From assembly GCA_023205875.1 (NCBI GenBank), contig CP060768.1, forward strand, positions 186,001-250,000: a stretch of 64,000 nt of DNA, given 5' to 3'. The notes below the pieces were generated by a model that made no database searches, had not been told where the DNA came from, and was given only the letters and a program-made list of their open reading frames with translations. A program made the translations under genes and the position numbers. The stretch's first letter is position 1. Every line of letters starts with the position of its first letter. Source of the stretch: Chloropicon primus. Its lineage: Eukaryota. Shown here one piece after another: positions 23,786 through 36,693 of this stretch.

Positions 23786-26700
23786 ATGCCTGTTAGAGGT
23801 GAGTGATCCTTTGCCTTTTTACCATATCTCGTCTCTGCCTCTCTCTCTCTCTCTCTCTCTCTGTCTCTGCATTCCTCGTTCCTTGACGCGGCGCGCGGCG
23901 CTGCCCCGTTCTTCGCGTGGAACCAGCCAGGAAGGCTGACTCCAAAACCTTTTCTTCGCTTGACGACTTTGCTTGGGACAGAGAAGAGGAGCAGTGGCCG
24001 GGGCTATGCTGACATATTGTCCGACAGGACAAAGGCGGCCGGGAAACGGGACAAGGGAGAGACGCCGGAACACGCCGGGTCCGTGGGCAGCGTGAGAAGC
24101 AGCCAGAGCAGGAGGTACTACGGCGAAATGAGCCCCTACAAGAGTTTGGAGAAGGGAGCAAAGTCTGGCAAGGCCGTGGGCAGCGTCACCTCGACGCCGA
24201 GCAATCTCAATTCGAGCAGCGCTTTGTCTCAGAACGACAGTCCTCGCTTCAGCAACACCTTCAAGGAGGCTAGGAAGGCCGTGTGCGACTTGTACACGAT
24301 CTGGAGGAGCGAGTTTGAGGACAAGCAGCAGCAGGCGGCACCCTCCAGCAGCAACACCAAGTCCAAGGGAAGGCAATCGGGCAAGTTCGAAAGGAAGTCG
24401 AACGACGGGAAGCTCGAGCTGCCGAGCAACGCGGTGGAATACCTCCAGGAGACGGTGAACCAGTTGCAGGACGAGGCCAAGTTCTTGCAGAGGAGCATGG
24501 AAGCGTACCACAAGGGAATGATAAGCCTGATGGACAGGAACAAGGGCATCGACATGGAAGCCATCAACAAGAAGAATCTGAGGGAGAAAGGCGTTCCACT
24601 AGAATCCCTAAACATCTCTCGAACGGAGAAGCTGGACCTGCAGGCCAACGCGGAGGCCATGGAGAGGGCCGAGAAGAAGCTCGCAGAGTCGCAGCAAAAG
24701 TATTCAGACGCCTTGGCGGAAATCTGCGAGATCCAGGACAAGCTGGCGGAAAGGGATTCGGTCTTGAGAGCGTTAGAGGTGGAGCTCGAACAGAAAGTGA
24801 TGAGTGAGAAGAGGTTAAGCTCCAAGTGCGAGTCGCTGCATTCTCAGCTGGAAGAGGAGGCGACCAGATCCCGCAAAGCCCTGAAGGAGTTCCAGAAGTC
24901 GTCCCAGAAAGACGATCAGATAGACACTTTGGTGAAGAGCATCCAAGAAAGGCTAGATTCAAAGACGCAGCAGTGCAACGACCTCCAGGACGAGCTGCTG
25001 CGCAGCCAGACCAGCCGGGCGCACACGGAGGAGCAGATAGACAAGCTGAAGAAGGAGATGAAAACAAAGGAGGTTGAGGCCAGCAAGAAGCTGGAGCTCA
25101 CCCTGAGCGACGTCGAGAGGTTGTCCAAGGAATACTCCCAGCTGAGCGAGTCCGTCGACGCGGGGAAGGAGGAGAGCAGCAAGAAGCTCTCCGATGCCCT
25201 GAGAACGATCGAAACGCAGGAAGGCGAGTGCTCGGAGCTCAAGAAGGCGCTTGCAGACGCGCAGGGCAAGCTGACCGAGGCCGAAGTTGCTTCGGGCGCT
25301 GGCAAGGAGGAAATCTCCAGGCTGAAGGAGCACCAAACGAAGCTGGAGAGCATGCGGAAGGGCATGCAGAAGGACCTTGAGGCGAAGATCAAGGAGATCC
25401 AAGGCTTGAATCAAAACCTTTCGACGACTTTGTCTGAGATTGACGGGGCGAAGCACCTCGCGGGCGTCCTGAGCAACGACATCAACAAGGGTCTGCAAAA
25501 CTACATAGAGGATGTCCTTGAGTGCAAGACCCCGAGGAGCATTTCTGGCTCCCCAAACCCCTTCAGCAACGCTGCCGCGGAGCAGAAGAGCGATGCCCCA
25601 AAGAGCTTGGACGTGATCCTGGGGTCTAACGGGGGCCCGAGGCCCGCCGCTCCCGAGCCCGAGGAGGTCCAAGGTGCTCCCGAGGGGGGCAAGGGCGGAA
25701 GCCAGGAGGACTACAAGCCGCTCCTCGCTTCGATATTGTCGGACTTGGGAATCTCCGGGGACAAACTTGCCGAGCAAGCCTCTTCGTCGGACCTGATGGA
25801 GCTGGTCAAGACGGAAATCGTGGACCTCGTGGCGAAGAAGGACCAGCTCAAGCTGAACATCCAGCAGCGCGAGGTGGAGATCATGGAGAGCGAGAAGAAC
25901 AACAAGGACTTGCAGGTGAAGCTCATGAGGGCGCAGACGGAGCTGGAGGACGTGAAGGTCCAGCCCGAGATATCGATTGGCAGTGCCGTGGCATCCCCAA
26001 GCAGGAGCAGGAGCCACACGGTCGACAACGCCGTTTTCAAGGAGCACAGCTCTCTTTCCGAGGTGCCCCAGTTCATGATCAACGAGGACGAGGACATCGA
26101 GTTCTCGTCCTCGGACGAGGAGGAGGGCGGCAACCTGGAGTCCGCGCAGAGCAGCCCGAGGAAGAGCATCAAGAGGGACTCCAAGTCCCTCTTCAGCCGG
26201 CAGAACAGCAAGCAGATCACGGACGGGATCGCCGAGGACCTCAGGAACGAGAACGACTCCCTCAGGATCAAGCTCACACAGATGGAGCTCGAGAACGAGG
26301 CCCTGAACAGGAGACTGAAGGAGAAGGAGAGGGAGATCGGCAAGCAGACCTCGAGGGAGATGGAGACGATCCGCCGGGCCTCCGCCGTGTACGACACTCA
26401 GGCCATGCCCGGCCAGAAGGGTTTCTGGAAGGGCAAGCGGGGAAGGGGAAACAGCAAGGGGAACGGGGAGGAGATGCAGCACTTGGTCGCGGAGCTCACG
26501 GGGAGGTATTCGGACCTGAGCCTCAAGTTCGCGGAGAAGTGCACCGAGGCGGACGAGCTCAAGCACCAGATGAAGCAGAAGGACGTGGAGATCAAGGCTC
26601 TCAAGGAACTGTACGCCATACCAGACATCTTGGAGCAGAACAACAACATCTGGGTTTCCTTCCGCATCTTCATCCCGGGCGACGACGAGAAGGGCGTCCC

Positions 26701-26971
26701 AACCGTCCTCCTCGTGGGTACGGATGGGATTTACATTCCTCACTGGCAGGAGCAGCAGTTCTACGACTACACCACCATCGCCAAGTTCGAGGTCAGGGAC
26801 AACGAGTTCGTGTTCTGGGCCCTCACCACGGAGAGCAGGAAGCTGAACGAGGTCAACTTGTACTGCAACGCGGTCCTGCCGAGCGCCATCCTGTCCAGTA
26901 TCCAGTCTGCCATCAAGGTGAAGCTCGACGTTCACAACACGGCCACGAGCTCCATACGCGTGGCGGAGTAG
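23786..26971 (+). CDS. Large coiled-coil protein with a C-terminal beta-rich FERM-C/PTB-like module; join(23786..23798,23982..26971)
   Basis: ~1000-aa open frame of heptad-rich helices. A 13-nt first exon (ATGCCTGTTAGAG|GTGAGT) splices in phase to GACAG|AG. The C-terminal VLLVGTDGIYI...FYDYTTIAKFEV segment suggests a PH-superfold (inference). Confidence 0.78.
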
Positions 26972-27663
26972 GGACGAGGAATAACAAAATACGTTTGGTG
27001 TTTTGTGCAAAGACTTTTTGTAATCTATGGATCAATACGAACGAAGAGCAAAGAGTCTGGAGCTCTTCAGGCCTCTTCAGGTGAGCAGAACTGAACTGAA
27101 CTGAACTGAAGACCGCTTCTTTCACCGCTTCTTTGATGGAGGCACAAGGTGCAGCATCCGCTATATTACAGGGATGGATGAGAATGCATCTTTTGCCACG
27201 AGCGAAGCAAAGGTGGTAGTGGTGGCTTGTTCTCCCTTTCCCTCCCTCCCTCCCTTGGCCTCTTCAAGGGAAGGAAGGGAAGGAAATCAGTTCAACGCTG
27301 GGTGGTGAAGAGCCCCTTCTTCTCCGTCACGACGAGAATCGAGATGCAAGCGCACAGGAAGGCAAAGGCCTGCGCCATTGCAATGTACATCATCGCGAGC
27401 TGTTTTTGTGACCCAAGTCCCGAACTCCGTTGCCTTCCCTAGAAGTCTTCTAGGAGAGGAGCAAGCGGCGTCACAACACCAAGACCAACGGCAGCGGCAG
27501 GGGAAAAACCTTTTGACTTGAACGCAACAGGCACAGGCACAGGCACAGGCCGTCGTCGTCGTCACGATCCCTTTGAATTGTTGTGGCTTTGCTCGAGTTG
27601 TCCCAACCAAAGCAAGCGAGCAACCCAAAAGTTGTCGTCGCTTGGCCTGACGCCTGCAAAGCC

Positions 27664-27695
<32 letters not shown>

Positions 27696-28274
27696 CCAAC
27701 TTGACAGGTGTGTCCTGTCACGAAAGGGATCGTCCCTCCTCTTCATCGTATTCCTTAAGTAAACGTAAGGCGATGACAAAAAAAAAGCAAGAAAAAGGGA
27801 AGAAAGAAAGGAAAAAAAAGACGTCCACCGAAGGAAAAGAGATTGTCCTCCACGACGTGGCCACGTGATCCTCCGTCGTCGTCGTCCTCCTCGTCCTCCG
27901 TCGTCCTCCTCGATCTCGAGGGTCCTGTTCCTCGTCCTCGTTTTGTCCTCGTCATATCTTCGCTTTTTTTTTTTTTTCGAGCTTGAGCGGAGGAGCGGAG
28001 CGACTCCTTCGTACCCATTGGAGACACGCGTGTGGCGGAAGGGGCCAGCGTCGCGTCGACGGGTCGAGGTCCAAGGACTCGTCTTCTCGCAACCGCGCGA
28101 CGACGACCGACGTCTCGAGCGTTACCTCCACCCTTCCCCCAAAAGGCAACGACGGCGACGACGAGGACGGGGACGAGGACGAGGACGAGGACGGACTAGC
28201 GCTGGCGCTGGGTCGGTGGGTTGAGGATGCTGGAGAGGAGGTGCAGGGGCGCGTGCTCGCGACGTCGGTGGGAG

Positions 28275-28993
28275 ATGGAAGAAGATGCGACGACGGGCAC
28301 CGAGGTGGTGTTGGAGGAGGGGGAGGAGGAGGAGTCGCTGCTTCCGATGTCGACGACGGAAAAGAGGAGGACACACAAGAGGGAAGCGGCAGAGGACTGC
28401 GACTTGTTCGAGGTGGGGACGTCGAACAGAGATGGGGATGGAGTCCACCTGCAGGGGCGAAAGACATCGTCCTCCTTATTCACTGGTTTATTGAAGGGCA
28501 GGGGGGCGAGAAGTCTGAGCAAATATTTTCACAAGGCAAAGAGCTTCTCTTGCCTCGACAGGGCTGTGGAGGTGAGTTCTTTTCTGGTCCCGGCCACCTC
28601 TCTCTCTCTCTCTCTAACTCTCTCCACCCAATCTACCCAATCCACCCAATCCATCCTGCGGTAGTGCGAACAAGCCAAGAGTTGCGTCGTCCTAAACTTT
28701 GCTTTGCTTTGCTTTTTCTCTCTCAGGGTGCGTTTGGGGAGGGCGCCAAGAGCCTGGAGAAGAGCGGCAGACCGGCGAAGAAGAGGAGGCAGTCGGCGTC
28801 TCACACTCCCTCCGGAGGGACGGGGAAGCAGCGCCACAATTCCCTTCGCTGCTACTGCGAGGGAGGGGAGACGGGGAGCAAGTCGGAGAGGTTCTTGGTG
28901 GCGGGGGGCAAGATCGATGGGAAGGTAACCTTTGACGAGTTGTGCAAGTCCTTTGAGAGCATCCCCGCGATCACCTCGTGGATCATCGAGTAG
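28275..28993 (+). CDS. OXS3 (oxidative stress 3)-like small protein; join(~28275..28571,28727..28993), start uncertain
   Basis: Acidic N-terminus, then RSLSKYFHKAKSFSCL...KSLEK...KKRR, resembling the OXS3 GLSxYY..KSxSFTSL...LxK...KRR motif. Phase-0 intron GTGAGT...TCTCAG. Confidence 0.55.
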
Positions 28994-29235
28994 CAGACCG
29001 ACCGAACACACGCACGCACGCACGCTGTCAAGACACCCACAAGACTTTTTTTTTCATTTCATTATACAACACACACACACACACACGAGCAGGCACCTCA
29101 AGGCTCAAAGCTTGTGTCGGTCGTGTTACTTTTTCCCTCGGCTCAGGAACGCCGTAGCTTGTAATAAAGAAAAATGTAAGCTCGTCCACGGTCTTCCCCT
29201 CCTCGTCTCTCTCTCTCCCCTAGGGTCCTAGGGTC

Positions 29236-32200
29236 CTAGGGAGGTGACGAGGACAGCAAGCCCTTGGGAAAGTCGTCCGCTTGCTGGGAGGCTCTCATCT
29301 GCTTCTGCTGAACCTGCGCGGCGCTGAGGGGGCGGAGGCTGGATCTAGAGATCCTCACGGCGTTGCCCAGAGACCTCAAGTGCTTCTTGTAGTTGGAAAC
29401 CTCTTCCATGAGGGACTTGTTCAGGTTGTTGCTCTCCTCCAGGTTCAAGGACATGCTCAGAATCTTCTCCTCGTAGGTGTTCTGGCTCACCTCGGCCTGC
29501 TCTTGGGCCTGGCGGACCTTGAGCGTCAAGTCCTTGTTCGTGTCCTTCAACTCGTGGTTCTGCTTGTCCAGAACCTCCATCTGCTCCTGCTGCAGCTTCA
29601 CCAGGCCGTAAATCTCCTTGGCCTTCGTGGAGTCGCCATCCTGCTGCGCATCACCCTGCTGTGCATCACCCCCGTCAACCTTGCTCCTCCTCAACGACGA
29701 GGACGAGGACGACGGCAGCTCCCCTTGGTGCGGCTTGGCCGAGTCGCCGAGGGCAAGGTTGAAGTGGGAGAACACGTCCTGCATCTTATCGGCGTGCTCC
29801 TTCTCCAGCTGCGTCGTCCGAAAGTTGTACTCGAAATCCCTGGCCTTGATGCCGCTCGTGAGGTGGTCGATCTGGCTGCCCTTCTCGGCGAGAACGACCT
29901 CGAGCTCCGTGATCCTGTGGGCATCCTTCCTCTCCTTGCTGTACATCTCGACCATGCTGTTCAGGTACATGCCCAAAAGCGACTGGATCTCCTTCTGGGA
30001 TAAGGCGCTCATGAGCTTCTTCATCTTCCTGCCGCTCGCCTCGGCCTCCTCCAGCTGGACCTTGCTCTCGTTGATCTGCTGGACCACGTAATCCACCTCC
30101 GTTACGATGCCGTCGAGCCTGTCCTCCAGCTCGGCAAGGTCCTCCCCGTCCTTCTCCGTAAGAACTTTTCCTGTCTGCAGCATGTTCTGCAAGTCACACC
30201 GCCTCGTGTAAGCGTCGGACCTGAATGTCTGCAGCTCCACCACCTCCTTGGCCGCGATCTCGTTGCCGAGGGAAGCCTCCTCCTGCATCTTGTCGATCTC
30301 CGCGTCAAGTTCCTCGATGGCGTACATGAATTCCCTGATCTTCAGCTTGATGATTTCCTCCTGCTTGGCCTTCTTCTGCTGGTAAGGCGCGAGCTCCTGC
30401 AGGATGCCCTCCCTCTCTGCCATCAGCTCGATCTTCCGCCTCTTCTGCACCTCAAGCTGCTCCTTGATCTCGCTCCTCTGCACCAACCTCTCCACCTGCT
30501 CGTCCAAGGCGACCTTGGTCTTGCTGCACTGCTTGGCGGGCGTTCTCAGGGGGGCCTTCCTGCCGACAGCGACAATAGGCTTTGCGCTCCCCGCGGTGCC
30601 CTTGGTGTTGGAAGCCGCCACCCTCTCCACGTTCGTGGAATTCTGGTTCAGTTCCTTGAGCTTCCTCTGGGCGCTCGCGGCCTCCTCGGCCTTCTTCTTC
30701 AGAAGAGTAGTCTGGCGCTTGTTCTGCTTTTCAAGCTGCTCGATGCGGCGGTCCCTGTCATCCGCCTCCTTCCTCGCAAGCTCCAGCTCCTTGTTCTTTC
30801 GCTCCACTTCTCTCTCGTAATCGTCCTGCGTGTCCCTCAGCTTCTTCCTCAAGGACGATTGCTTCACCCTCATGCTCTCGAGGTCTGACTCGAGGTGCAG
30901 AATTTTCTCCTCGCTCTGCTTCCGGACCCTCTCGAGCCGAGTCGCGTTGTTCTCGGTCAGCTTCCTCTTCAGCTTGCTCAGCTGCTGCATCACGCTCTGA
31001 AGCTTCTCGTCGTATTCGATCTTGAGCTCGTGCTTCTCCTCGACGCTCTGGGCGATGCTCTCGTCCAGATTGCTCACCTCAAGCTTAAGCCGCTCCACTT
31101 CCTCTTCCTTCTCCTTCACTTGCATCTCGAGCTCCTGGGCCAGGGACTCGTACGCATGTGACGCCGCTTGGGCCTCCTCCTGGTTCTTGGTGAGCTGCTC
31201 AATCAGCTCCTCCTTGTGAACGATGTGGCTGGAAAGCTGCTTGAGCTCTTGCTCGAGCTTTCTCTTGGACAGGTTCAGGTCAGACTCCTCGGTGGTCAAC
31301 GCCACTGAGCCGTTACGTTCGTCCTCGCCCGCTTCCAAGAAAATTTCTTCCTCGATCCCCTGGTCGAACAAGACTTCGTCCTCGTTCTCCACGGAGAAAT
31401 CGTCGTCGCCAAGAATGGTCTCCTCCTCCTTGCCCACATCAAGAGCCCTTTTCGCGATGGGGCTCGCCGTCGCCGCAGGCTGCTGACTCTTCGGTACCGA
31501 GGCACTCCTCGGCCGATTCTTGTCACTCGTCCTTGGTGCCCTGCTGCTGCCAACCATGGCACTCAAGGGGCGAGAGCGAGGTGGGCACGCCGCCTTCCTT
31601 GGCGAGGAAAGGAAAGCTTCCTTGAAGAGGCGCGAGGCTTCTTTTGACATGTCCCCCGTGGAAGTGAACCTGTGAACCAACTGCTGGAGGGACGACTCGA
31701 TCGCGATCTTGTCATCAAGCAGGCGCTGCAGGGTCGAGTTCCTTCCCTCCGCATCCTTCAACCTCGTGGAAAGAGTCACGAGCTGCTTGCTGACCTCGCT
31801 CTCCTCCAAGCCACTGATGCCCTCCTGGGCGTCCTCCACAAAAGCTGAGCTTGTTGTGTCCGGGATCTCGTCCTCCTTCGGATCCTTCCTGTAGTTCACG
31901 AACGTGACGTTCTTGATGTTCCGAGCCCTGGAGGCGTACTTCAGAGTGTTGAGGGTCTCCTCCATGTTCGTGTCACTCGTGCTCACGCAGGCTATCATGA
32001 TGGTCCGGCTGTTCCCCCCGATGGAGTCCTGGAGCATTCGGGTGAGCTTTGACTCCCTGTAAGGCACGTGCTTGTGGCTCTGCTTGCTGCTGAGGGCGCT
32101 GATCACGTTGCCAAGAGCGAGCAGGCCTTTGTTGATCGTCACGGACTCCTTGAACCGCTTCCCGGTGGCTCCAGTCTTTTTCTGTCGCTCAGATCCCGCC

Positions 32201-33315
32201 AAGTCAACCAGGTGGAACTTTGCAGAGATCTTTCTCACTTCGCCGCCGTCGGCCTCCGTGTCTTGGTCCAATATAATCGTAAAGATGGCGTGGGATCTGC
32301 TCGAGCAAGCGTTCATCCTCGTATCACCCGTCGTTCTGCTCGCAGAGCCCATCTCCAACAGACGCATGAGGTCCTCCCTCGTCTGGACTTCCTCCTCCTT
32401 GGCCCCCGCCACGACGATCTGTCCGTTCCCATTCTCTCGTATCGCGATGCCCCCGGACGGTGCAGACCCGTAAGGATGGTGGCTCTTTGACGCCCCCTGA
32501 AGCACCGACGACGACGTGGTCGAGGGGTCCAACAGATCCTTCACCTCCTCGTTGTGAATCTCAAGGAACTGGCACCGAAGCTTGAAGCTGGTCGTAGCCC
32601 CGATAGACACAGCTCCCGACTCAGTGCCATGCTCCTCCCGCTCCTGCCTCTGCTTGGCCTCGCACCTTTCAAAGATCTCGTTGATCACCCTCGGGATCAG
32701 CCCCACGTCCTCTTCTGCGACGAGGTGACTGCCAGACCCCATCGTGAAGGTCTTGCCAGAGCTAGTTTGCCCATAAGCAAACACGCAAGCGTTGTAACCT
32801 TCGAACACGGCATCGATGAGCGAGCCCGTGCATGCCTAGCACCACGCCAGAAACGATCCGACCCCAGAAGAAAGTGAGAACGTCAGGACACAGCAACGCG
32901 TAGGAGAGGACGAAACCGGCTCGAATTCAGGCTAGGCCCACGGGGACCAACTTCCTTGCCTCAAAGAATCCTACTGAGATGGCAACTACTTTTGCGAGTT
33001 CGGGCTTACCTTGAAGAGATCCTCCTGCCGGCTCCGTTGGTCAAACACGCTGTCGAAAGCAAAAGTCCTGTCCCTTCCGAAGGTAACCACAGCTTTGTCC
33101 GCCTCCGGGTGGACGCACTCCCGAGCCTTTTGTATCTTTTCCTGAGGCAAGAGAGGCCTTGTCCTCAGAGCAACCAAAACACGGTGGACTGACCCCAGCC
33201 CTGAGCAAGTGGAAGACGGGCCAGAAGGTGACTGCAAACCAAGTTGTGGGTTGGCGTTTGCATCACCGCACCGGCTCTCCCTTTCCCTCATGGGACTCCT
33301 CATGGTTACTACCAT
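29236..33315 (-). CDS. Kinesin-4 family motor (KIF4/21/27-like) with a long coiled-coil tail; complement(join(29236..32835,33010..~33315)), start uncertain
   Basis: VALRTRPL, FAFDSVF, YGQTSSGKTFTM, SSRSHAIF, LVDLAGSER, RFKES..INKGLLALGNVISAL and HVPYRESKLT. In-frame intron 32836..33009. Confidence 0.9.
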
Positions 33316-33754
33316 GCCTCTTGTCTGCACACAAAGGCTTCAGTCAACACCCTGAGTCACCTCAGCTCTGCTGCTCCCTTTTCAGAGGAAAACCAACAAA
33401 AACAGGAGAGTGAGAGTGAGAGAAAGAGTGAAGCGTCTTGGAACTTGCTGCCGCGTTCCTGAGGTGCAACCAGGACATGTGAACCAAGAACAACCGCCAA
33501 GATGGCGCCTTGGGATGGAGTTGGACCGAGACTGCCTTCCTCGTCCTTCCTTTCTGTCAAAACCATCGACGCGCCAAAACAGAAAAATCTTTGGGATTTC
33601 GATTCGACAGAAACAAACTTCAAATTTGAACAAATGGGGGATGCCGTTTCTCTTCTTTTGGGGAGCCGGGGAGGAAGGTTCCCCTCCCGATTAATGTTAT
33701 TACGATTGTTGCGTGTCTTTAGCATGAAAATGTTTTCCGGATCCTTTGCGTTTG

Positions 33755-35740
33755 TTAGCAATCCAAGGTCGCTTCTTGATAGGCCACGAGAACGTCGCCG
33801 ACGATGTTCCTATCTGGAAGCCTCTCAGCCATACCATACATTGGTGCCATGCCTTCCTCGCCGCCTTCTGCGCCCGCTTTCACTTCGTTCGTGCATTGTT
33901 TCAGATCATTGACGAGGCGGTCGATCACTTCCACTGAGTGGGCAGGGGTGATGCACATGTGAAGCCCAGCCGGCTTCTGCAGGGCGCTCAAGTGCCACCC
34001 TCTCTTCGTCATGGCATCTGCATCAAGAAGGAGTGAAAGAAGGAGTCAGGCAAAGTGCAAAAGAGAGAAGGTGCGGGCGCGGGGAGAGCGCGAGAGAAAG
34101 AAAGAAGGAGAGCGACGTACCGTTCACTTTGTAGATGTCCACTTGGGTGCGGTCCACAGCCCCCCAGGCAACCACGCTGGAATCCGGTTGCCCCAGAAGT
34201 TGAAGGTGCGCGCACTCGGAATCGATGCGGTGAGCTAGGTGCTCGGCAAGGCCCAGCAAATGTTTGGCCTGGCTGATGAACCCTTCCCTCCCAATCGCAA
34301 GCAGGGAGGCCCAGGCGGCGGCAATCACTGCACCTGACCTCGACCCCGCCATGGTCGGAGATATGTACAGGCCCCCGCTCCAATCCGTGATGCTGGTGAA
34401 CTGATGCTTCCTGATTTCTTTGCACCTGTACAGCACAACGGAGGTCCCCTTGTGCGCCAGCCCGTACTTGTGCGTGTCTATTGACATGCTCGTCAAGCCG
34501 GGCATCCCAAAGTCGAATTTTGGTCTGGCGAACCCTGCCTCCTCGGCGAATGGCAGGACGAAACCACCAAGACAAGCATCGACGTGGCACGCGATTCCGT
34601 AGGCAGCAGCAAGCTTGCCGATGCCCTCGATGTCGTCGCACACGCCGTGAGGATAGCTCGGGGCCGAGACGACCACGATTGCAGTGTTTGAGGTGATTCT
34701 CCTCCTGACCGCGGATGCCGTGAGTCTGTACCCGGTCTTCTCGCCCACGGGGATCACAACCATCTTCAGGCCGTAGTAGCTCGCCGCTTTGATGTAAGCC
34801 GCGTGCGCGGAGTCTGCCATGATTATCTCTGGTTTCACGGTGCCCTTCCTCCAGGGTAGGGCCTTCATCACGTTTCTCACGATCCCCAAACCGTTCCTGG
34901 CGAGCCACCAGTCCCTGGACGCCTTCATGGCACAAAGAATAGACTCGCTCCCACCGCTGGTGACGGACCCGCACACGGCCTCTGATCCCCCGCGAACCAT
35001 GCTGGCAGTCATCGAGACGAGCTCCGCGTCCATCCTCGCGACTGACGGGTAGCTGTCCGCGTGGATGGGGTTTGTGCCCACAAACTTTCCGTACACTTTC
35101 GTCTGAAAGTTAGCGTGGTCGGCGCTGCTGAAGTACAGGGCGCCCGAGAGCATGCTCTTCCCGTCCTCGTACGTCTCGTCCTTGGAGTTGATGTCATCAA
35201 TCGCCTGAAGGACCTGCTTCTGGCTCATCTGCTTCTGAGGGATCGCGTTGAACTTTGGGACTTTGGAGTGCTCGTAACGCTCCTCCATCACCTGCTTCTT
35301 GATCTTCCTCGAAAGCTTGTCCTTCTCCCCTGTGACATGGCAACACAAAGGAACGAGGAGAGAGAGAGAGAGAGAGAGAGAGAAAGAAAGAGAGAGAGAG
35401 AGTCAGAGCCTCGTTGAGAGATGGAGCGCGAAGACGGAGCGATCCACTCACTTGCTACGATGCCAGAAATGCCTGGCAAGCTTTTCAAAACTTCAATGGC
35501 GGACTGAAGCACGCCTTCCTCCTTCATCGCGTCCCAGGTGTTCGAAAGGAACCGACCGAGCCAGCACACCGCTATCGTTGCACCGACCGTCTTCAACACC
35601 ACCGTCGAGGGCAGCTCATCCGCCAGGCACTTATCGATGAGGGAGAGCCCTTCCACAAGCTTCGCCTGGCCTTCATCAAGGACTCTCGTCACGGCTTCCG
35701 GCAGCTCCACCGCAGACACTCGAGAGAGGACGCCACCCAT
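33755..35740 (-). CDS. DPL1: Sphingosine-1-phosphate (dihydrosphingosine-phosphate) lyase; complement(join(33755..34017,34121..35329,35452..35740))
   Basis: TSGGSESI, HVDACLGGF, SIDTHKYG (PLP Lys), WSGGLYISPTMAGSR and GWHLSALQKP. Two GT-AG phase-1 introns restore the frame. Confidence 0.93.
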
Positions 35741-36081
35741 CGCGTGGATCCAAGCTTCACCCCTCCCACTTCACACGTCCTCCTCCCTCGATGAAGATGT
35801 GAAGATGTGAAGATGTGAAGATGATCCTGTATGCTGATGAAGGAAGAGTTCTTCTCGAGTAAAGCGTCGCTCGCTTCAAGGGATGACTCGTTGGAACCGG
35901 AAAGGAACACACGATCTGTCGGTCAAGCCCCTCCCTCGCTTCAACGCCTCGCCTCCTCCTTGTAGCGACCCAAACGTTGCGATCAAAAGGTCCCCTCAGG
36001 CTCGAGACAAAAAATTCTGATCACGAAAAAAAAAATCAATCGAATTTTTCTCATTAGTTAGGAAGAAAGAAAAGGAGGCGA

Positions 36082-36211
36082 GAGACGGTGTGTCCAGTGG
36101 CGAGGGATTGAGGTAAAGAGGGCGCAGGGACCTGGACAAGGTCGTTCATTGGTCCACACACTTCCTTGCTTGGCATCCTGAACGATCCTGTGGCACAAAG
36201 ATCGCACCTTT

Positions 36212-36257
<46 letters not shown>

Positions 36258-36673
36258 CTGTCTGTCTTGGTTTTCCTAAGGGAAAGGAGGGAACTTGGTT
36301 CCAGGGTGAGACGGTGTCCAGTGGCGAGGGATTGAGGTAAAGAGGGCGCAGGGACCTGGACAAGGTCGTTCATTGATTCCTTGGAAGTTTTTGTCGCCAT
36401 CCAGAACGACTCTGTGGCGCAAAGGTCGCATCTTGGTGTCATAAGATTCAAACTGGTTTCTCCTGACTGCCTGGAGAGGCTAGAGAGGTGACTGAGGTAA
36501 AGAGGGCGCAGGGACAGGGACAGGGTCACTCATTGGTCCACACACTTCCTTGCTTGGAACCCCAAACGACTCTGTGGCGCAAAGGTCGCATCTTGGTGCC
36601 ATAAGATTCAAACTGGTTTCTCCTGACTGAGGTGCAGAGGAGAGGGTCACTGGTTGGTTCCTTGGGCTGACAG
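36082..36673 (+). repeat. Three (plus one degenerate) diverged tandem copies of a ~160-225-bp unit upstream of CCDC61
   Basis: TGAGGTAAAGAGGGCGCAGGGAC recurs at 36109, 36333 and 36493. Internal blocks are shared pairwise, and a (CT)n tract interrupts copy 1. Confidence 0.85.
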
Positions 36674-36693
36674 GGTTGGGCACGGCGACGAAG

